A stretch of 35,711 nt of DNA from a virus (lineage: Duplodnaviria; Heunggongvirae; Uroviricota; Caudoviricetes). The DNA is taken from the IMG/VR virus record IMGVR_UViG_3300033143_002040, positions 1-35,711 of that record; one strand, 5' to 3'. Shown here piece by piece: positions 27,140 through 35,711 of the stretch (position 1 is its first letter; every line of letters starts with the position of its first letter). Below the pieces are notes generated by a model. That model was not told the DNA's origin. It worked only from the letters and a program-made list of their open reading frames with translations, and made no database searches. Both the position numbers and the translations under genes were made by a program.

Positions 27140-28400
27140 TGCCGGTAACACGCTCGCAAATCAGTACGCACCGCCGTTTGTAATTACAGATAATGTTACT
27201 ACAAACTGGCATCTACGTTGGAATGCTGATTTAATAGCGTTTGAGGCATATGACCCAAGCGAGAGTGTTGTTGAATCAGGATTTGATAGTATTGAATCTG
27301 CACTTTTCACTGATGTTACACAACAAGTATTTGTTGTGCCGTGGGAAGCAGCAACTAAAGAGTCTGTATTCATTACTATACAAGGTGTTAAACAGCAACA
27401 AGATGCCTATACAATAGTAACAAATATTGGCAGCGGGTCAACAACAGTAACACTAGCTGATACGGTATCTGTTGAAACAGTCGAAATCTTAGGTCTACAA
27501 ACTTCTGGTGGTGCTAGTATAGAAGTATATTTAGAAACTGCTGTCGGTGCACAAACACTATTTCCAACATCAGGTAGTATCGGTTGGTATCCTGCAAGTG
27601 AACAATCTCTTATTGTAACTCATAACGGTCTAAAATTAACTACTACAGAATATAGTATCATACCTAATGCTACATTCACTGGCGCACAAGTTAGCATTGT
27701 ATCAGGATTAGTGGTTGATGCAGATGTAATTGAAGTTCTCGGCATCGTCACAGCAGGAGAAACTCCTGCTAGCCCAGTTGAACTTGTAAATCTTACTCCT
27801 TCTGATGTAACACTATTTTCAGCAAAACGAGTTGCAGGTGAAACACAGTTTTTCGATATTAAAGGATTAACTGAAGGTACAAATATTACACTAACAGCAG
27901 GCGGAAGTTCTATTACAATCGACGCTGATATTGGTGATTTTGCAAATGTAGGAGGCGGCGAACCAGTTGCACTTATCGGAAGTCTTTCAGAAACTATTAC
28001 TCCGACCAATGAACTAGAATTTAAACGTCTTTTTGCATCCATTACACCAGTAGATCGTATCACGTTAAGCAGTACTGCTGACACAATTACGTTTGCATAC
28101 AACATAGGTTGGAAAACTATTACTGATACTGATTCTCCGTATACCGTGCTTGCAGTAGAGAGACTAATTGCTATCAACGGATTATCAGCAATTCTAGGCA
28201 TAACACTTCAAGATCCTAGCACATTACCGAATGGCGAAACAATTACTATTAAGAATCAAACAACAGGCACATTCGCAATAACTCTTACGCCAGCAGCAGG
28301 GTTTATTGACGGTGCTGGCACATACGTCATCAACACAGCATACGGATACGTTACACTTTACAGCGACGGAAATCACTATTACATAATTTCTGAGGGATAA
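27126..28400 (+). CDS. Virion structural protein (baseplate/fibre-associated)
   Basis: 424 aa, Thr/Ser/Gly/Val-rich beta composition, in the late block; TTG start with an AGGAG SD. Confidence 0.7.
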   Translation: MTRINAGNTLANQYAPPFVITDNVTTNWHLRWNADLIAFEAYDPSESVVESGFDSIESALFTDVTQQVFVVPWEAATKESVFITIQGVKQQQDAYTIVTNIGSGSTTVTLADTVSVETVEILGLQTSGGASIEVYLETAVGAQTLFPTSGSIGWYPASEQSLIVTHNGLKLTTTEYSIIPNATFTGAQVSIVSGLVVDADVIEVLGIVTAGETPASPVELVNLTPSDVTLFSAKRVAGETQFFDIKGLTEGTNITLTAGGSSITIDADIGDFANVGGGEPVALIGSLSETITPTNELEFKRLFASITPVDRITLSSTADTITFAYNIGWKTITDTDSPYTVLAVERLIAINGLSAILGITLQDPSTLPNGETITIKNQTTGTFAITLTPAAGFIDGAGTYVINTAYGYVTLYSDGNHYYIISEG

Positions 28401-28401
28401 G

Positions 28402-29568
28402 ATGGCTGGTCTAACTCGGATTAAAACAAACAACATTCTTGACAGAGAGGTTCGGGAACAAGACCTAGCTGACGCAGCAGTTACGTTCGATAAAATCAAT
28501 ATTACTTCAGGCGGTTCAGTAGGCGAATCTCTTAAGGTTGGCGCTGGCGGCACACTACTCTGGGAACTTGCCTCAGGCTCTACTAACGCACTTGACACCT
28601 TAGTTGATGTTGATACAATAGGCAAACTAAACGGCGATAGTCTCGTTTATGATGTCGGAAGCGGACTATGGAAAGCTGGAAGTAATGTTCCTAGTAGTCT
28701 CGGGCTCAACAGTCTTACTAATGTTACACTTACTACGCCACTCGTTCAAAATGAATTTTTACGTTATGATGGCATTGAATGGATTAACGATGCTATTTCA
28801 GTTGTATATATTGACGGCATACAACCTGTTGCAATCACTGGCTTACTTGATAATCTTGTAGATGTTGTCGTACCTAGTCCAACAGTAAATCAACATTTAG
28901 TATTTGATGGTAGTGTATGGAGAGCTTCTGATGCTGCCAATGTCGGTAGCATAGATCAATTAGACGATGTAGATACTACTACAGTTACACCTATCAGCGG
29001 TGATGCACTTGTATGGGATGGTGTTGGCGATTGGGCTCCTTTTGCTATCGTCGGTCTCGGCGCATCAAGTAATACATTCATGGTTGCTGACATTACTGCT
29101 AGAGATTTACTAACTCCTGCAGATGGTGACCAATCATTTGTACGTAGCGGCGCTACTACAAGTGAATGGGAAATGTATATTTGGGATGTACTCGCAGGGC
29201 CCGCAGCATGGATTCTTATTAGTACACAAGATAGTGCAAGCACTGATGCTAAGACAATCGAAGCAATTGTTGTACCAGCCACAATTAGCCCAGTGTTGCT
29301 TGGCAACGTTAGTCCTGATTCGCGTGTTACGGTTGTAACAATTGAAGTCACAATAGCCTTTGATGGATCACCAACATTAAGTGTAGGTGACAGTGGAGAT
29401 AATGCACGACTTATTGATGATTCATTACATGATCTGAGCGAACTCGGCACATATAGTACAACAACTGACTACGTGTATGGTGGTAGTACAGATACGGATA
29501 TTAATGGATATTTCTCTGCAGGCGGAGCTACAACTGGTTCTGCTCGTATCCTCGTAACGTATGTATAA
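28402..29568 (+). CDS. Fibre-type virion protein with LxxLxDV repeats
   Basis: Four repeats (LDTLVDV, LNSLTNV, LDNLVDV, IDQLDDV), each followed by LxYD/FD/WD...W, as in trimeric fibre repeats. Confidence 0.75.
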   Translation: MAGLTRIKTNNILDREVREQDLADAAVTFDKINITSGGSVGESLKVGAGGTLLWELASGSTNALDTLVDVDTIGKLNGDSLVYDVGSGLWKAGSNVPSSLGLNSLTNVTLTTPLVQNEFLRYDGIEWINDAISVVYIDGIQPVAITGLLDNLVDVVVPSPTVNQHLVFDGSVWRASDAANVGSIDQLDDVDTTTVTPISGDALVWDGVGDWAPFAIVGLGASSNTFMVADITARDLLTPADGDQSFVRSGATTSEWEMYIWDVLAGPAAWILISTQDSASTDAKTIEAIVVPATISPVLLGNVSPDSRVTVVTIEVTIAFDGSPTLSVGDSGDNARLIDDSLHDLSELGTYSTTTDYVYGGSTDTDINGYFSAGGATTGSARILVTYV

Positions 29569-29584
29569 TTTTTCCTTTAATTAG

Positions 29585-29592
29585 GATAAATA
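29585..29592 (+). promoter_or_regulatory. GATAAATA late-type promoter box
   Basis: Intergenic, upstream of the 853-aa fibre gene. Confidence 0.65.
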
Positions 29593-29622
29593 CAACATAG
29601 AATGAATTAATAGGAACCCACA

Positions 29623-32184
29623 ATGGCAGACACAAAGAATTATGGATTGAAAGGCGTTGGTGATGACGTACAGTTTGGTAAAGCTGGCGGTCGCTTTGTC
29701 TTCAATACGGGTGCGAGTGATTTCCGTGCTACAACAGACGGCACAACACTAGCCCACTTACAAGTATTAACCCCCGTAGGTGATACTGACGCAGCTACTA
29801 AACTTTACGTAGATGATGTAGCATCAGGCTTAGATGTTAAGGACTCTGTTACTTGTGCAAGTACAGCAGATGTAACTGGAACATATGTCTCTACAAACGG
29901 CCCAAACGCTAACGGTCAGCACACAGGTGTCCCAGCAACAATTGACGGCGTAACACTAGCACAGGGTGATCGTGTTCTTCTTAAAAACCAATCACCAGCT
30001 GATGAAAACGGCATTTACGAAGTACAAGCAACCACCACAACACTTAATCGCGCTAGTGATTTTGATACTGATGCAGAAGTTACTGCAGGTGCATTTACAT
30101 TTGTTGAAGAAGGAACAACTAACTCAGACAGTGGTTGGGTACTGCAAGGTCCAGATCCGCTAACAGTTGGTACTGGTTCAGGTAGTAACCTTAACTTCGT
30201 ATTATTCAGCACATCAAGTGATATTATTGCTGGTGACGCATTAACAAAAACGGGTAATAATATTGATCTTGACTTTGTTACTGGTGGTGGACTAACTAAC
30301 TCAGTAGCTATAGCAGTTGGCGACTTTATTGCATTCTCTGATACAGATAACTCAGACGCGATGCAATTGCGTTCATTGACAAACGTCCTAGCTGATCTTG
30401 ACGTTGTTAACTTGGCGTTCGGATCAGGCGGTTTGATTACTCAGACGGCAGCAGATACATACGTCGAACGTTCAATTGCTGCATCAGCAGTAGCAGGCGA
30501 CGAAGGTATCAGCATTGTTAACGGCAATGGTGTATCAGGCAACCCAACGATCGGTGTTGACATTCAAGGCACAACAGCACTAGGTGTAGCAGTCGCAACA
30601 GGTGACTCGCTATTGATGTTTGATACGACAGCGGGAACTAACTTAGAAGTAACAGTTGACCAATTAAAGACATTTATGAACGCTGGTACGTCCAGCACAA
30701 GTATTACAGAAGGTGATAGCACACTAGCTATTGCTGACTCTGGTACTGGTACATTAACAGCCAACTTTGATGGTACTGACTATTGGGTGAGCCAGGCATC
30801 AGATACAACGTTTGAACACAATGTAAACTTCGAGGTAACTACAGCAACAACAAATGCTGACATTCCAGTTATCACAGTTAGCGCACGTAGTTCAGGCACA
30901 CCAGCAGCGGGTATTGGCCCAAGTATCCAGTTTGAATCTGAAACTGCTGCAGGCGCTCCAGGTAACTTAGAGATTGGTGGTTTGTTTGCATTAGAAGCAA
31001 CTGATGTTACTGGTGCGTCAGAAGACTTTGACTTTGTATTCCAACTAATGGCTGGCGGCACAGCAGCAACAGAAGTTGCACGTATCACAAGTACGGGTAA
31101 TATAACTTTATCAGGCACGGTCGATGGCATAGACATCGCAACAGATGTAGCAGCTAACACAGCTAAAGTAACTAACGCCACGCATACTGGTCAGGTTACT
31201 GGTGCAACAGCACTAGCACTAGACGTTACCGCCGTTACAGCACAACCAGCGAGTGGAGTAATCATCGCAACAGACACCATCATAATCAATGATGGCGGTG
31301 TATTGTCAGAAGCTACGTTCACACAGATGAATACGTACTTCGATTCATCATTAAGCTTTGGTTCTGGTACAGTAACATCATCTGGTACGCCACTTAACAA
31401 CGAAGTTGCTGTATTTGCTACAGCTACAGACATCAATAGCGATTCTACGTTTACATGGGATGCTACGACACTTATTGTTAACGAACTTAGTTTCGCTGGC
31501 GACACAATCAGTAACAATACTACTGACCAACCTATAATCTTGCGACCAAATGGAACTGGCTCAATCATATTCCAAAATGGTTCAAGTGAAGAAATTCTAG
31601 AACTTAACGATACTGTTTCAGCAATCAACGGACTTGCTATCACAGCAGGTGCAACAGGTGTCGCGCCAGATATTAGTATCGGCACAGGCGGCGAAGCAAA
31701 CATCGACATTGGTTTTACAACTAACGGAACAGGCGTACTAAGTGTTACAGCAGGTTCAGGTAACTATGAAGATAATGTTACAGCAGACGATGATCTACCT
31801 AACAAAAAATACGTTGACGATGCCATTGAATCACTAGGCGGCTCTGGTTCACTTGATACTGTTACAGGTACAGTTGACCTAACAACAGCATCCGTACAAA
31901 ACATCGGTGCAGCAACAGGCATTCCAGCTTCATGTACAATTATGAGTGTAATGCTAGAAGTTGATACGGCATCAGATGCAGTAACAACAGTTACAGTCGG
32001 TGACGTAACGAACGGTGCAGCGAGCTATATGGCAGCAACAGAAAATGATCCAGAAGTTCTAGACATTTATGTTGCAGATGGTCGAGTAGCTAACGCAGCA
32101 GCAACAAGACAAGCAACAGCTACGGTGGCAACAGCAGGAACTGTCGGCGCAGCAACTTGTATCATCACATTCAGACACAATTAA
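29623..32184 (+). CDS. Long fibre/whisker-type virion protein
   Basis: DAATKLYVD and PNKKYVD knots, an IDGVTLAQGDRVLLKNQ...ENGIY module and T/G/A/S-rich composition. Confidence 0.8.
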   Translation: MADTKNYGLKGVGDDVQFGKAGGRFVFNTGASDFRATTDGTTLAHLQVLTPVGDTDAATKLYVDDVASGLDVKDSVTCASTADVTGTYVSTNGPNANGQHTGVPATIDGVTLAQGDRVLLKNQSPADENGIYEVQATTTTLNRASDFDTDAEVTAGAFTFVEEGTTNSDSGWVLQGPDPLTVGTGSGSNLNFVLFSTSSDIIAGDALTKTGNNIDLDFVTGGGLTNSVAIAVGDFIAFSDTDNSDAMQLRSLTNVLADLDVVNLAFGSGGLITQTAADTYVERSIAASAVAGDEGISIVNGNGVSGNPTIGVDIQGTTALGVAVATGDSLLMFDTTAGTNLEVTVDQLKTFMNAGTSSTSITEGDSTLAIADSGTGTLTANFDGTDYWVSQASDTTFEHNVNFEVTTATTNADIPVITVSARSSGTPAAGIGPSIQFESETAAGAPGNLEIGGLFALEATDVTGASEDFDFVFQLMAGGTAATEVARITSTGNITLSGTVDGIDIATDVAANTAKVTNATHTGQVTGATALALDVTAVTAQPASGVIIATDTIIINDGGVLSEATFTQMNTYFDSSLSFGSGTVTSSGTPLNNEVAVFATATDINSDSTFTWDATTLIVNELSFAGDTISNNTTDQPIILRPNGTGSIIFQNGSSEEILELNDTVSAINGLAITAGATGVAPDISIGTGGEANIDIGFTTNGTGVLSVTAGSGNYEDNVTADDDLPNKKYVDDAIESLGGSGSLDTVTGTVDLTTASVQNIGAATGIPASCTIMSVMLEVDTASDAVTTVTVGDVTNGAASYMAATENDPEVLDIYVADGRVANAAATRQATATVATAGTVGAATCIITFRHN

Positions 32185-32210
32185 TAATTAATCAATAATT
32201 GGAGAACAAT

Positions 32211-32696
32211 ATGAGCGAGAAAAGTAAAGCTGCAAAAGCAGCAGCAGAAGCGGCCAAGCATGCCGCAAAAGCAGCAAACGGAACTGCTGGTCAAGCACGA
32301 AATGAAGCTAAGGAAAGCGGAATAGATACAGCAACAGCAGCAGCCGAAGCAGCAGAACATGCAGCAGATCGTTCTGAAGCAGAAGCAAGAAAAGCTGACG
32401 CAGCAGCACAACAGGCAGAAGCAGAAGCTAGGAAAGAAGCCGCTAAACCTGAAGATAAAGAAGACGCAAAGACAGCACGGGAACACGCAAACGAAGCTGC
32501 AATTGCAGCTACAAACGCACACGGACACGCAAACGACGCAATTGCTGACGCACCAAACCCACCAGTGTATCCAGCACCAACACCAAGAAAGAAAAGTGAT
32601 ATACGCAAAAAAGCTATCATCATCGGTGGTGCAATGATCGCAGGCGCATACATACAAACTTATGTATGGCCGTATATTTCAACATACATTCAGTAA
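32211..32696 (+). CDS. Ala/Glu/Lys-rich helical protein with a C-terminal TM anchor
   Basis: AAEAAKHAAKAA-type runs, a Pro-rich linker, RKK and then AIIIGGAMIAGAYI. GGAG SD before ATG 32211. Confidence 0.7.
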   Translation: MSEKSKAAKAAAEAAKHAAKAANGTAGQARNEAKESGIDTATAAAEAAEHAADRSEAEARKADAAAQQAEAEARKEAAKPEDKEDAKTAREHANEAAIAATNAHGHANDAIADAPNPPVYPAPTPRKKSDIRKKAIIIGGAMIAGAYIQTYVWPYISTYIQ

Positions 32697-32728
32697 TACC
32701 TTAGGACTAGCACGAAGGCTAATTCGAC

Positions 32729-32751
32729 AAAGCCCCTTACGAGGGGTTTTT
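32729..32751 (+). terminator. Rho-independent terminator
   Basis: AAAGCCCCT-TACG-AGGGGTTTTT. Confidence 0.8.
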
Positions 32752-32778
32752 GTTTGGCTGGTTATTCTACACAATGCT

Positions 32779-32786
32779 GATAAATA
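32779..32786 (+). promoter_or_regulatory. GATAAATA late-type promoter box
   Basis: Lies after the terminator and before the holin. Confidence 0.65.
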
Positions 32787-32818
32787 CACATGAGAAGATT
32801 TATTAGGAGAGACCCACA

Positions 32819-33223
32819 ATGGTATGTGAGAAGTGCGGAGAATGTGAAACTTGTGGCGCTGAAAAGAGCGCAGTTTCACAACCCGAAGATCATTTAGAAC
32901 ACGGATTTAAGAGATTTTGGCGACCTGCTGCTGGATATATTTTTCTAGCAATTTGTCTGTTTGACTTCATGCTTGCTCCGCTATGGATAGAACATGCAAA
33001 TCAAACAGTTAATGTTGCTGCATTTGCAGAGATTAGAAAGTTCGAAGATAAGGAAGTACAAATGAAAGCTATCGAACACGTTGAACTTGGGAACCGTACT
33101 TGGGAACCGCTTACAACAAGAGGTAGCGGGCTATTCTTCTTGGCGTTTGGTTCTATACTTGGTATAGCGGCATTTTCACGCGGTAAAGAAAAAATAGCAG
33201 CAATTAATACAGTAGGACAATAA
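32819..33223 (+). CDS. Holin (GTA 3TM-holin-like family)
   Basis: WRPAAGYIFLAICLFDF...LFFLAFGSILGIAAFSRGKEK resembles the WRP...LGxxxxRxxEK pattern of this holin family. Confidence 0.7.
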   Translation: MVCEKCGECETCGAEKSAVSQPEDHLEHGFKRFWRPAAGYIFLAICLFDFMLAPLWIEHANQTVNVAAFAEIRKFEDKEVQMKAIEHVELGNRTWEPLTTRGSGLFFLAFGSILGIAAFSRGKEKIAAINTVGQ

Positions 33224-33224
33224 T

Positions 33225-33965
33225 ATGAATGAAATGCGAAAACTAATGGAAGCAGTACAGCTTAACGAATATTTCGTCAGGGAAGGCGAAACATTTAAGG
33301 ATGTATGGATAATGTTCTTTTCTGATCTAGTAAATGATGCAAAGATTTTCCAAAACGAAGGAGAAAGTGAAGCAGCCCGCCAATTCTTAGCAGTTAGCAA
33401 AGAGGTTGCTCCACTAAAACAAAAAATAAAACCACTATTAAATACGCCCTTGCCGATAATTGACTCAGACGATGATGAATATTGGGATGAAAGCCCAATC
33501 TCAAAATTGGACAGACTGGGTGAAATAGTTAGCAGTAATGATCCTACAGAGGATGGCGTTCTTAGTGGTATAATAGAAGCATTCTATGAAGCGTATTACA
33601 TCATTGGTGAGCTTGCAGATGAAGCACTAAATGTTAACGAAGCTAATCAAGGTGGTAAGACTGAGCATAGTGGTGCGAAACACGGAAAAGGTGCATACTA
33701 CGGTCGTAAGAAAGAAGCTAAGAGAGATAGCAACAAGAATCGTCGCAACGCAGACAAATTTCAATCTAAAGAAATTACTGAAATTACTACTGGATATGGT
33801 ATTGAAGAAGATTTTAATCCACGTGAATCAACTGTTGCGTTACATGAGCTAATGGATGAAGGTATCCTTGATGCTCGAACAGTTGCAGATGCATGTTTGA
33901 ATTATATGTCAGAAGCAGACGTAGAAGACATGGCTGAGTCAAACTATTTTTTCGGCGACAATTAA
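33225..33965 (+). CDS. Putative internal head protein with the MNEMRKLMEAV leader
   Basis: Modular acidic and basic segments separated by LNE/VNE/ITE/IEE sites. Confidence 0.6.
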   Translation: MNEMRKLMEAVQLNEYFVREGETFKDVWIMFFSDLVNDAKIFQNEGESEAARQFLAVSKEVAPLKQKIKPLLNTPLPIIDSDDDEYWDESPISKLDRLGEIVSSNDPTEDGVLSGIIEAFYEAYYIIGELADEALNVNEANQGGKTEHSGAKHGKGAYYGRKKEAKRDSNKNRRNADKFQSKEITEITTGYGIEEDFNPRESTVALHELMDEGILDARTVADACLNYMSEADVEDMAESNYFFGDN

Positions 33966-33968
33966 ACA

Positions 33969-34547
33969 ATGAGACTGTTCGAACTAGCACAGCTTACAGA
34001 AGCTAAAAACGATACTGTTGTGTTCACTTTTGGCAGATTCAATCCGCCGACAATCGGACACCAAAAACTTGTATCCAAAGTTTCAGAAGTCGCAGCTAAT
34101 CAAAATGCTGACCAAATTGTATACTTGTCAAAGACACAAAAACCAGGAAAGGATCCACTTTCTTGGCAGGACAAATATGATTTGTTTAAGAAAATGTTTC
34201 CGTCTATTAATGTTAGTAGAGATCATGCAATCATAAATCCATACGTAGCTCTAGAAACATTAGGAAAGAAATACAAAAATATAATCATGGTTGTTGGCTC
34301 AGATCGTGTTGAACGTTTTAGAGGTGATATGCAAAAGTATCTATCTGAATGGGGCATTGAAAACTTCGAAGTTGTAAGTGCTGGAGAACGTGATCCAGAC
34401 TCAGAAGGCGCAGAAGGCATGAGTGCAAGCAAGGCTCGACAACTAGCAACAGACGGAAATTTCGCTGAATTCGCAAACGCATTACCATCAAGTATCAATA
34501 ATGCCACTAAGAAAGTGGTCTACAATAAGATTCGTAAAAACTCATAA
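33969..34547 (+). CDS. Cytidyltransferase-like (HIGH-motif) nucleotidyltransferase
   Basis: VFTFGRFNPPTIGH, MVVGSDRV and SAGERDPD...MSASK, as in the T4-like phage cytidyltransferase family. Confidence 0.85.
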   Translation: MRLFELAQLTEAKNDTVVFTFGRFNPPTIGHQKLVSKVSEVAANQNADQIVYLSKTQKPGKDPLSWQDKYDLFKKMFPSINVSRDHAIINPYVALETLGKKYKNIIMVVGSDRVERFRGDMQKYLSEWGIENFEVVSAGERDPDSEGAEGMSASKARQLATDGNFAEFANALPSSINNATKKVVYNKIRKNS

Positions 34548-34551
34548 TCGG

Positions 34552-34580
34552 TTGACAAACGTGGAGACTGGACGTATACT
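34552..34580 (+). promoter_or_regulatory. sigma70-type promoter (leaderless HNH transcript)
   Basis: TTGACA-N17-TATACT; ATG 8 nt downstream with no SD. Confidence 0.8.
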
Positions 34581-34588
34581 TTATCATT

Positions 34589-34993
34589 ATGAAAAGGTAT
34601 TTTCCGAACGGCCAAGTTCATCCAAACTGCGCTAATCTGTATTGTACCCGGCCCACTATGATTCGCTTCATACTCAAAAGCGGCCTGTATAACTATAAAC
34701 CATTTTGCTCTTCCTGTACCCGCGCAGCAACAGGAAAGCAGAGTTATAAGCCGAGAGTGGTTCCTATCAAGAAATCATACTGTGAAAATCGAGACGGCAG
34801 ATTAGGATTTGGGTACAAGTGCCCTACAAGAAATCTCAAAAGAATTAACAGTCATCAACTTGACCTTGACCACATCAACGGCAATAGAGAAAATAATCAT
34901 CACTCCAATATGCAAACAATTTGTTCCAATTGTCATAGAGAAAAGACGCACAGAGAAAATGATTGCGCTGGTCATAAATACGGAACACGCTAA
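34589..34993 (+). CDS. HNH endonuclease
   Basis: LDLDHINGNRENNHHSNMQTICSNCHREKT with upstream Cys pairs. Confidence 0.85.
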   Translation: MKRYFPNGQVHPNCANLYCTRPTMIRFILKSGLYNYKPFCSSCTRAATGKQSYKPRVVPIKKSYCENRDGRLGFGYKCPTRNLKRINSHQLDLDHINGNRENNHHSNMQTICSNCHREKTHRENDCAGHKYGTR

Positions 34994-35011
34994 CCACGTT
35001 ATTCAAGATAC

Positions 35012-35040
35012 TTGACAACTCCTTGTAAATATAGTACAAT
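35012..35040 (+). promoter_or_regulatory. sigma70-type promoter
   Basis: TTGACA-N17-TACAAT. Confidence 0.8.
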
Positions 35041-35066
35041 ACGCTACTATAAGGAGAATTCTACAC

Positions 35067-35330
35067 ATGACTCATCAAGCAAAACACTATTCCTCAGACG
35101 ATGTACGACGCCTCACAGAACTGGTAAAAGAAGGTGTTATCGTTAAGCAGGAAGTAAAAGATTTAAATGAAGGACTAGCAGACACAGTTAAGGCAATCGC
35201 AGAAGAAATGGAGATTAAGCCAACTGTACTCAAAAAAGTTATCACAATCGCATTTAAGAACAGCCGCCTTGACGAACAAGCTTCGTTCGCAGAACTAGAA
35301 GAATTATTGGACGAAATCGGCATCAGTTAA
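35067..35330 (+). CDS. T4 DsbA / GapR (DUF2312)-like dsDNA-binding protein
   Basis: LTELVKEG...KDLNEGLADTVKAIAEEMEIKPTVLKKVI pattern; TAAGGAG SD. Confidence 0.65.
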   Translation: MTHQAKHYSSDDVRRLTELVKEGVIVKQEVKDLNEGLADTVKAIAEEMEIKPTVLKKVITIAFKNSRLDEQASFAELEELLDEIGIS

Positions 35331-35611
35331 TGCGAGTCATTCGCACAGCATTTCAATTTTGGAAAGAGACTTGGCTAACAAATAAGACGCTATTCTTAGC
35401 GGAAATGGCCGGCACTCTTACAGGCATGGCTGCTGCTGCAATGATCGGGTTTCAATCACCAACTCCAGATTTGTTTACGATTTTTATTTTGTATAATCTT
35501 AGTGCAGTATTTTTTATATATTCAAACTATATAAGACAGAGTGCATGGATGATTATGCTAATGATATTTTACGTAGGCACAAACACAATTGGACTTATAC
35601 AGGCAATATAA
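35330..35611 (+). CDS. Small membrane protein (about 3 TM)
   Basis: Three hydrophobic segments; TAATG overlap. Confidence 0.7.
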   Translation: MRVIRTAFQFWKETWLTNKTLFLAEMAGTLTGMAAAAMIGFQSPTPDLFTIFILYNLSAVFFIYSNYIRQSAWMIMLMIFYVGTNTIGLIQAI

Positions 35612-35711
35612 ATGTACGTAGATGCAATTTTTAATCCAAAAGATTCAACTATAAAAGTTGTTGAACGCAACAACGGAAAGCGTGTCTACAAGAGCTATCC
35701 TGGAATTTTTG
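35612..35711 (+). CDS. Probable family-B DNA polymerase/exonuclease, 5' partial
   Basis: MYVDAIFNPKDSTIKVVERNNGKRVYKSYP resembles the N-termini of large-phage PolB exonuclease genes as I recall them. Only 33 codons are visible. Confidence 0.45.
   Translation, partial: MYVDAIFNPKDSTIKVVERNNGKRVYKSYPGIF

Noticed and set aside
27620-31709. Several long minus-strand ORFs opposite the fibre genes
   Set aside because: They are antisense shadows of low-complexity T/G/A/S-rich genes, with no SD or recognisable motifs.
32181-32657. Cys-rich 158-aa minus-strand ORF
   Set aside because: It is the antisense shadow of the GCA-rich Ala codons of the + strand gene (TGC = Cys).
1-35711. Stop-codon reassignment (seen in some large phages)
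   Set aside because: Known genes (ung, guaC, clpA, phoH) are full length in code 11, and TAA, TAG and TGA all end genes at tight junctions with the next start.
1-35711. CRISPR array, tRNA or rRNA genes
   Set aside because: I saw no regularly spaced direct repeats and no convincing T-loop/cloverleaf. Intergenic gaps are few and short. This was by eye only; tRNAscan/ARAGORN would be needed to exclude them.

Overview
A 35.7-kb, AT-rich, densely coding segment of a large (jumbo-type) tailed phage, read in standard genetic code 11 and almost entirely on the + strand. The left half (1-17.6 kb) is an accessory/replication region. It holds many small hypotheticals, a Pth2-like protein, a macrodomain, a RadC/JAB protein, an HNH nuclease, an N-terminal DnaE fragment, GroES, a clamp-loader small subunit, Ung, an AAA+ ATPase, a HAD nucleotidase and GuaC, with four near-consensus sigma70-type promoters. 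A short minus-strand island (sulfotransferase, phoH) follows. The right half is a late/structural block: spanins, DnaJ, ClpA, two homing endonucleases, two RMF-like paralogs, three fibre/baseplate-type proteins, a holin, putative internal head proteins and a cytidyltransferase-like protein, with T4-late-like GATAAATA boxes. It ends with an HNH gene, a DsbA/GapR-like DNA-binding protein and the start of a probable family-B polymerase exonuclease gene. Spanins and sigma70 promoters point to a Gram-negative host. The most striking unexplained signal is a short peptide motif, F-K-x-[KM]-L-x-G, in about nine otherwise unrelated left-half proteins. A second shared N-terminal motif (MN[DE]MRKLMEAV / MRLxE) marks several late proteins. 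I saw no CRISPR array, tRNA or rRNA. All product calls come from motif recognition by eye, with no database searches.
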